NCBI GenBank assembly: GCA_041752275.1
Contig: JBGSHK010000008.1
Span: forward strand, 2,641-66,640
DNA length: 64,000 nucleotides
Source of the DNA: Minisyncoccia bacterium
Lineage (GTDB): Bacteria > Patescibacteriota > Minisyncoccia > Phycocordibacterales > CAIZLB01
Direction of reading: 5' to 3'
The notes under the pieces were generated by a model. That model did no database searches. It was not told where the DNA came from and saw only the letters and a list, made by a program, of their open reading frames with translations. Every line of letters starts with the position of its first letter. Positions within the stretch are counted from its first letter, which is position 1. Made by a program: the position numbers and the translations under genes. Below, piece after piece: positions 58,156 through 64,000 of this stretch.

Positions 58156-61100
58156 ATGAATACAACACAAACAACAATTGTAGGACAAATCGAAAGAAAA
58201 ACACAGAACCGTGTTGTTTCTCTTTTTCGTGATAGTTTAGGTTATGATTATTTTGGTAATTGGGAAGATCGTGAAGAAAATAGCAATATTGAGGAAGAAT
58301 ACTTGCGACCATTTCTTATGCGATCAGGTCATGGTGATATACTTATAGATAAAGCCATCGAAACTCTAAAAAAGTCTACGAATCGTCCACAACTATCACT
58401 GTATGAACTCAACAAAGAAACATATGGTCTTCTTAGATATGGAATTAAGGTTCGTGAAGGATTGGGGGAAAGTTATCAGACAATTTGGCCTATAGATTGG
58501 AAGAATCCAGAAAAGAATCATTTTGCGATTGCGGAAGAGGTAACTATCAAAGGGAATAAGACAAAGCGTCCTGACATTGTTTTATATGTGAATGGTATTG
58601 CAGTTGGTGTGATTGAACTCAAGAGAAGTACTGTCTCTGTATCAGAGGGTATTAGACAGAATATAGGAAATCAAAAAGAAGATTTTATAAAAACATTCTT
58701 TGGAACGATCCAATTGATAATGGCTGGTAATGATACAGAAGGATTAAGATATGGTACAACGGAAACCCCAGAGGTTCATTATCTCTCATGGAAAGAGGTG
58801 GGGGTTGGTAGTGAATCTAGACTTGATAAAACAATACTTCAGATATGTGATAAGAATAGAATATTAGAGATTATTCATAATTTTATTGTATTTGATAGTG
58901 GAATTAAGAAGACCTGTAGACATAATCAATATTTTGGTATTAAATCAGCACAGGATTATCTAAACCGACATGAAGGTGGAATAGTTTGGCACACTCAAGG
59001 TTCTGGAAAATCTTTGACTATGGTGTGGCTAGCAAAATGGATCCGAGAAAATATCTCTGATGCACGTGTTCTTCTTCTTACTGACCGCACAGAGCTTGAT
59101 CAACAGATTAAGCAAGTATTTAATGGTGTTGATGAAGAAATATGGCGAGCACCAAATGCTAAAGATCTGCTTTCTGAATTAAATAAAAAGGATAAGTGGC
59201 TTCTGTGTTCACTAGTCCACAAATTCGGAAGAAGAAATGCAAATGGTGAGATGGAAGTTGATGTTGATTCTTTGCGAAGTAATTTACCAACTGATTTCTC
59301 AGCAAAAGGAAATATATATGTATTTGTTGATGAATGTCATCGATCACACACAGGTAAACTCCACGAGGCAATGAAGGAGTTATTGCCAAACGCTACTTTT
59401 ATTGGCTTTACAGGCACACCGCTTCTAAAGATTGATAAATCGAATAGTGTTGGCTCATTTGGTCCTTATATCCATACATACAAATACAATGAGGCTGTCG
59501 CTGATAAAGTTGTATTGGATTTAAGGTATGAAGCTCGTAGAGTTGATCAAGATATATCTTCTCAAGATAAGATCGATGAATGGTTTGAAGAACGTACACA
59601 AGGACTTACTGATGTAGCAAAAGCAGAATTGAAAAAACGTTGGGGTACAATGCAGAGTTTGTTATCTTCAAAGTCACGTTTAGAAAAAGTAGTATTTGAT
59701 ATTCTTGATGATTTCTATAAAAAGGATCGTCTTGCGAGTGGTCGGGGTAATGCCATGCTGGTTGCAAGTAGTATTTCTGAAGCTTGTATGTATTATGAGA
59801 TATTTCAGTTACAAGGTTTTACTAAATGTGCCGTTGTAACCTCATATGAACCAGGTGCTCTTTCAAGTGATACTCGTGAATATGCTATATATCAAAGAAT
59901 GTTAGGAGGTAAAGATACCGAGACTTTTGAAAAAGAAGTAAAAAAGAAATTCATTGATACACCAGGACAAATGCAACTTCTAATTGTGGTGGACAAACTA
60001 CTCACCGGCTTTGACGCTCCGCCTGCTACATATCTTTATATCGATAGAAATATGCAGGATCATGGATTGTTCCAAGCAATTTGTCGTGTAAATCGATTGG
60101 ATGGTGATGATAAGGAATACGGATATATTGTTGATTACCGCGACCTCTTTAAGAAGCTTGAAAAAGCCGTGAGTGACTATACTTCAGATGCACTGGATGG
60201 ATTTGATAAGGAAGATGTTGTAGGCCTTTTGAAGGATAGAATGGATGAAGGTAAGAAAGATTTAGATGAAGCCTTAGAGGTGGTTCGAGCATTGTGCGAG
60301 CCTGTAGCTCCTCCAAAAGATTCTATAAAATACATTAACTATTTTTGTGGTGATGTTGAAAATCCCTACTCTCTTAAAGAAAATGAGGTAAAAAGAGTTA
60401 AGTTATATAAGTCTGTAAGTCATCTCATAAGATCTTATGCTGATATTGCGAATGATATGAAGGATGCTGGATACAATAAAGATCAAGCAAAAGCTATCGA
60501 AAAAGACGTGAAGCATTATGAACAGGTACGTACAGAAGTAAAGCTTGCAAGTGGTGATTATATCGACCTCAAAAAATATGAATCTGCCATGCGCGTTCTT
60601 ATTGATAGATATATATCAGCCACTGAAAGTCAGAAGCTGTCAGCCTTCAATGATATGACATTGGTGGATTTGATTGTTAAAAAAGGTGAGGATGCTTTGA
60701 ATAATTTACCTGACACTATTAAGCAAAGTCATGAAGCTGTTGCTGAAACAATTGAGAACAATGTACGTAAACTTATTATTGATGAGATGCCAACAAATCC
60801 TAAGTATTACTTACGTATGTCTGAGCTTTTAAATGAATTGGTAAAAAAACGTAAGCAAGCAGATGTTGAATACAGGGAGTACTTGAAACAGATTATTGAG
60901 CTATCTAAAAAGGTTAAAGATCCTATGGACGAATCTGTAGGTGTAGAAATTAACACATCTGCAAAACGAGCTATCTACGATAATCTCGGACAAGATGTAC
61001 AAAAAGCTGTTATGGTACACGAAGCTGTTATGGGTTCAAGGCAGGCAGATTGGCGAGGTAATAAACTTAAAGAGAGGGCAATTAAAATTGAAATTAGAAA

Positions 61101-61173
61101 AGTGTTACCGGATATCATCGATGAAGATATGAAAACTTTAATTGAAATTATTAAAAATCAACATGAGTATTAA
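58156..61173 (+). CDS. hsdR: Type I R-M restriction subunit R
   Basis: RPD...Y.NG......ELK nuclease, HTQGSGKS, DECHR, FTGTP, LLTGFDAP, QAICRVNR. Confidence 0.97.
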   Translation: MNTTQTTIVGQIERKTQNRVVSLFRDSLGYDYFGNWEDREENSNIEEEYLRPFLMRSGHGDILIDKAIETLKKSTNRPQLSLYELNKETYGLLRYGIKVREGLGESYQTIWPIDWKNPEKNHFAIAEEVTIKGNKTKRPDIVLYVNGIAVGVIELKRSTVSVSEGIRQNIGNQKEDFIKTFFGTIQLIMAGNDTEGLRYGTTETPEVHYLSWKEVGVGSESRLDKTILQICDKNRILEIIHNFIVFDSGIKKTCRHNQYFGIKSAQDYLNRHEGGIVWHTQGSGKSLTMVWLAKWIRENISDARVLLLTDRTELDQQIKQVFNGVDEEIWRAPNAKDLLSELNKKDKWLLCSLVHKFGRRNANGEMEVDVDSLRSNLPTDFSAKGNIYVFVDECHRSHTGKLHEAMKELLPNATFIGFTGTPLLKIDKSNSVGSFGPYIHTYKYNEAVADKVVLDLRYEARRVDQDISSQDKIDEWFEERTQGLTDVAKAELKKRWGTMQSLLSSKSRLEKVVFDILDDFYKKDRLASGRGNAMLVASSISEACMYYEIFQLQGFTKCAVVTSYEPGALSSDTREYAIYQRMLGGKDTETFEKEVKKKFIDTPGQMQLLIVVDKLLTGFDAPPATYLYIDRNMQDHGLFQAICRVNRLDGDDKEYGYIVDYRDLFKKLEKAVSDYTSDALDGFDKEDVVGLLKDRMDEGKKDLDEALEVVRALCEPVAPPKDSIKYINYFCGDVENPYSLKENEVKRVKLYKSVSHLIRSYADIANDMKDAGYNKDQAKAIEKDVKHYEQVRTEVKLASGDYIDLKKYESAMRVLIDRYISATESQKLSAFNDMTLVDLIVKKGEDALNNLPDTIKQSHEAVAETIENNVRKLIIDEMPTNPKYYLRMSELLNELVKKRKQADVEYREYLKQIIELSKKVKDPMDESVGVEINTSAKRAIYDNLGQDVQKAVMVHEAVMGSRQADWRGNKLKERAIKIEIRKVLPDIIDEDMKTLIEIIKNQHEY

Positions 61174-61885
61174 TTCATATTTGCAACTTGGTCCAATCGA
61201 GGCATTAATTGTTCGTAAACCGGTCAAGAACTTACATCTTTCGATATTACCACCAAATGGATGGGTACGTGTTACTGCCCCACAAAATATGAATGATGAT
61301 GCCATAAGAACACTTCTGGCACTTAGACTTCCGTGGATAAAAAAACAACAAGCAAAATTTAGTGGACAGCAAAGACAAACCAAACGAGATTATGTCTCAG
61401 GAGAGAGTCATTATTTTCTTGGTAAAAGATATAAGCTTGAAGTTATATACAAAGATGAGCCATCCAATATAACAATAAAAGGGAAAAATAAAATTATTTT
61501 ACAAGTTAAACCAAAAACTAGTGTAAAAAAGAAACAAGAAATTATTACTGATTGGTATCGAGAAGAACTACATATTGTTTTAAATGAGCTTGTTGATAAA
61601 TGGCAAAAAAAGATTGGGGTTGAGGCTTCTTCTTGGAGTATTAAACAAATGAAAACTCGTTGGGGTACTTGTAATCATGAAACAGCAAAGGTACTTTTTA
61701 ATCTAGAGTTATCAAAAAAACCAATTAGTTGTATTGAATATGTGGTAGTCCATGAATTAGTTCATTTAATTGAAAGAAAGCATACTGAAAGGTTTGTTGC
61801 TTTGGTGGCCAAGCATCTTCCTAAATGGAAAAGCCTGAAGGATGAACTTAATAGTTTTATACTTTCTTATGACGAATGGAAATAA
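61163..61885 (+). CDS. M48/YgjP (SprT-like) metallopeptidase associated with type I R-M
   Basis: GE...FLG..Y, MKTRWG.C, EYVVVHELVH....H...F. Confidence 0.92.
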   Translation: MSINSYLQLGPIEALIVRKPVKNLHLSILPPNGWVRVTAPQNMNDDAIRTLLALRLPWIKKQQAKFSGQQRQTKRDYVSGESHYFLGKRYKLEVIYKDEPSNITIKGKNKIILQVKPKTSVKKKQEIITDWYREELHIVLNELVDKWQKKIGVEASSWSIKQMKTRWGTCNHETAKVLFNLELSKKPISCIEYVVVHELVHLIERKHTERFVALVAKHLPKWKSLKDELNSFILSYDEWK

Positions 61886-62058
61886 AAAACTAGCCAAATC
61901 TTCAAGTACAGTACCAGAGATAAGTATAAGTAATTAAATAACAGAAGACATAGGTCTTAGGAATTTTGATAATGAGGTTTTAATTAATTCTGTTACATTC
62001 TTTTGTATATATTTGAAAATTGATGCTATTCAGTTAAAAAAGATATATAATAGTTTTT

Positions 62059-62814
62059 ATGGTAAATTCTAAAAAGAAAACTATTTCTGTAAAAAATACT
62101 AAACTAGTGTGGGGTGAAAGCGCGGGCTATTGTGCAAAATGTAAAAATAGGGTTATAGAAAAAATTGCAAAAGGAACACTTGAACCAGTTGGTCAATTGG
62201 CACATATTGAAGGTGAAATGCCGGGGTCTAAAAGATATAATCCTAATCAATCTGATAATGAGAGAAATGGACATGATAATTTAATTTTATTATGCCCAAA
62301 TGATCATGATTTGATCGATAGAGATGATGTTACGTACACTGTTGAAGTTCTACATAAAATGAAAAAAGATCATTTGAGGTTTGTTTTCAATTGTATTAAA
62401 TCAGAACTTCCAAATATCACCTTTGCTGAACTAGAAGTGGTTGTTAATTATTTAGTGTCTTCGGATAATAATTTTACTCCTGATCACTCTTTAGATCACA
62501 TTACACCTCAACAAAAAATAGATAAAAATAAACTAACAAATGATAATGCTATTTTAATAACAATGGGAATGACAAGGGTAAAACATGTTAAAGAATACCT
62601 AAACAATAATCCTGATGTTAATTTTTCAGAAAGGTTGAGAACAAAATTGTCTGAGTATTATACTCAAGCAAAAATTGAAGAATCTGACACAAATATTTTA
62701 TTTGAAAATATGATAGAATATGTATCTGGAAACTCTGTTGATATTAAAAAGAAAGCTGCTGCAATTGCTGTTATGACTTATTTTTTTGAAACTTGTGATA
62801 TATTTGAAAAATGA
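62059..62814 (+). CDS. HNH endonuclease effector with ABC-three-component C-terminal domain (LmuA-like)
   Basis: S.G.CA.C, AHI......RY, NLILLCP..H..ID; C-terminus YFFETCDIFEK. Confidence 0.82.
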   Translation: MVNSKKKTISVKNTKLVWGESAGYCAKCKNRVIEKIAKGTLEPVGQLAHIEGEMPGSKRYNPNQSDNERNGHDNLILLCPNDHDLIDRDDVTYTVEVLHKMKKDHLRFVFNCIKSELPNITFAELEVVVNYLVSSDNNFTPDHSLDHITPQQKIDKNKLTNDNAILITMGMTRVKHVKEYLNNNPDVNFSERLRTKLSEYYTQAKIEESDTNILFENMIEYVSGNSVDIKKKAAAIAVMTYFFETCDIFEK

Positions 62815-63035
62815 TTCTACCTAATAAAAACATAATACTATCTAATTCACTATTAGGTCTCGGCCAGATTGTTTTAGGTATCTTAAATAATAAAGAAACG
62901 GTATCTTCTTTGTGGTTAAAAACTCGTGGAGAAAAAATTAATACTTTTGGAAAATTTATTTTAGTTTTAGATTTTTTATACACATTGAAATTAGTAAAGA
63001 TCACTGATAATCTTATAAGTAAGACAAATGATTAA
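62811..63035 (+). CDS. ABC-three-component system middle component (LmuC-like)
   Basis: MILP.K......SLLGLG..VL..L....TVS.LW ... F...LD.LY; ATGA overlap with upstream gene. Confidence 0.78.
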   Translation: MILPNKNIILSNSLLGLGQIVLGILNNKETVSSLWLKTRGEKINTFGKFILVLDFLYTLKLVKITDNLISKTND

Positions 63036-64000
63036 ATCAATCAAAAGCAATAATAAAGATTTTAAAACAGTGACTTTTAAAGAGGGTTTTAACGTTGTGT
63101 TGGCTGAAAGAACTTTAGATTCAACAGATAAAGATTCTCGAAACGGTGTTGGTAAATCAACTTTAATTGAGATAATACATTTTTGTTTAGGTTCAGATTT
63201 GAGTAAGACAAGTTTTTTGGCTCTAAATTGCAAGAATCATTCTTTTACAATAGAACTTGAGTTACAAAACAATACACTAAGTGCGACGAGGAGTATTGAA
63301 AATCCTAACGTGATACAAATGTACGGTGATTTTTCAAGTTTACCAGTTAAACCAAAGTATGATGAGCACTACAAATCAAACATATATTCTATTGAAGAGT
63401 GGAAGGGTGTTTTAGGTCAAAAGTTATTTAATTTAAATATTGAGAATGGCGGAAAATATAATCCATCTTTTCGAACTCTAATTTCTTATTTTATAAGAAA
63501 AGGTGTAGGTGCATTTATTGATCCCTTTAAATATTTTCCCGATCAGCCAAATTACAGTGTTCAAGTGCATAATAATTTTCTTTTAAATTTAGACATTAAT
63601 CATGCAATAAGTTTTCAAAAAATTAAAGATGAAAAAGAATCTTTTAATATTATAAGAAAAAACATAAATGATGATTCACTTAACGACATATTAGGATCAG
63701 TAGGTGAATTGCAAGCGGAAAGAGTTAGGTTGACTGAGGAATCAATAGAATTAGATTTACAAATTAAGTCTTTCAAGGTTCATACTCAATATAAAAAAAT
63801 ACAAGAAGAGGCTGATTTGATAACTGGTCAGATTCACGCATTACTTAATGATATCAATCTGGATCAAAGAATTTTGGCAGAATATAAGAACAGTTTAGTT
63901 GAGGAAGAGGATGTTTCAGCAGATAAGGTGGCAGAGGTATATTCTGAGGCAGGGTTGGTTTTTGATAAAAAAGTAATGAATAGATTAACTGATGTGCGTA
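63028..64000 (+). CDS. DUF2326-type SMC-like ABC ATPase (LmuB-like), 3' truncated by window
   Basis: Not in the ORF track; ATG 63028 gives MIKSIKSN...FK.V.F..G.NVVL......DSRNGVGKSTL..II.FCLG, later PSFR.LISYF.R and coiled coil; open to window end. Confidence 0.85.
   Translation, partial: MIKSIKSNNKDFKTVTFKEGFNVVLAERTLDSTDKDSRNGVGKSTLIEIIHFCLGSDLSKTSFLALNCKNHSFTIELELQNNTLSATRSIENPNVIQMYGDFSSLPVKPKYDEHYKSNIYSIEEWKGVLGQKLFNLNIENGGKYNPSFRTLISYFIRKGVGAFIDPFKYFPDQPNYSVQVHNNFLLNLDINHAISFQKIKDEKESFNIIRKNINDDSLNDILGSVGELQAERVRLTEESIELDLQIKSFKVHTQYKKIQEEADLITGQIHALLNDINLDQRILAEYKNSLVEEEDVSADKVAEVYSEAGLVFDKKVMNRLTDVR

Noticed and set aside
1-64000. Genome-wide TGA recoding (code 25 or 4)
   Set aside because: Long core genes have no internal TGA, and TGA acts as a plausible stop at 29398, 40525 and 62814; only two internal cases seen

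Overview
AT-rich bacterial chromosome segment, genetic code 11. Gene content and style suggest a Patescibacteria/CPR (Parcubacteria-like) organism; this is inference. 1-38 kb is mostly housekeeping: a permuted dcw cluster (mraY, ftsW, murG, mraZ, rsmH, ftsL-like, ftsI), pyk, radC, rsmI, uvrB, uvrA, efp, trxB, ftsZ, ftsA, ybeY, rpsU, leuS, rnpB, murJ, mscL and mreB, interrupted by single-gene insertions. 38-51 kb holds small stress and accessory genes. At 51.4-54.4 kb, five one-gene cassettes are separated by six related ~30-bp sites whose left and right flanks occur in shuffled combinations. This looks like an integron-like, recombinase-driven cassette array and is the top candidate for an undescribed system. 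A defence island follows (type I R-M, M48/YgjP peptidase, HNH ABC-three-component/Lamassu-like system) and runs off the window. Other highlights: a DUF3800 gene with a convergent structured ncRNA, an orphan DGR target-like gene between msrB and msrA, a three-copy palindromic repeat with covarying stems, a shared operator in two promoters, and widespread leaderless-type promoters.
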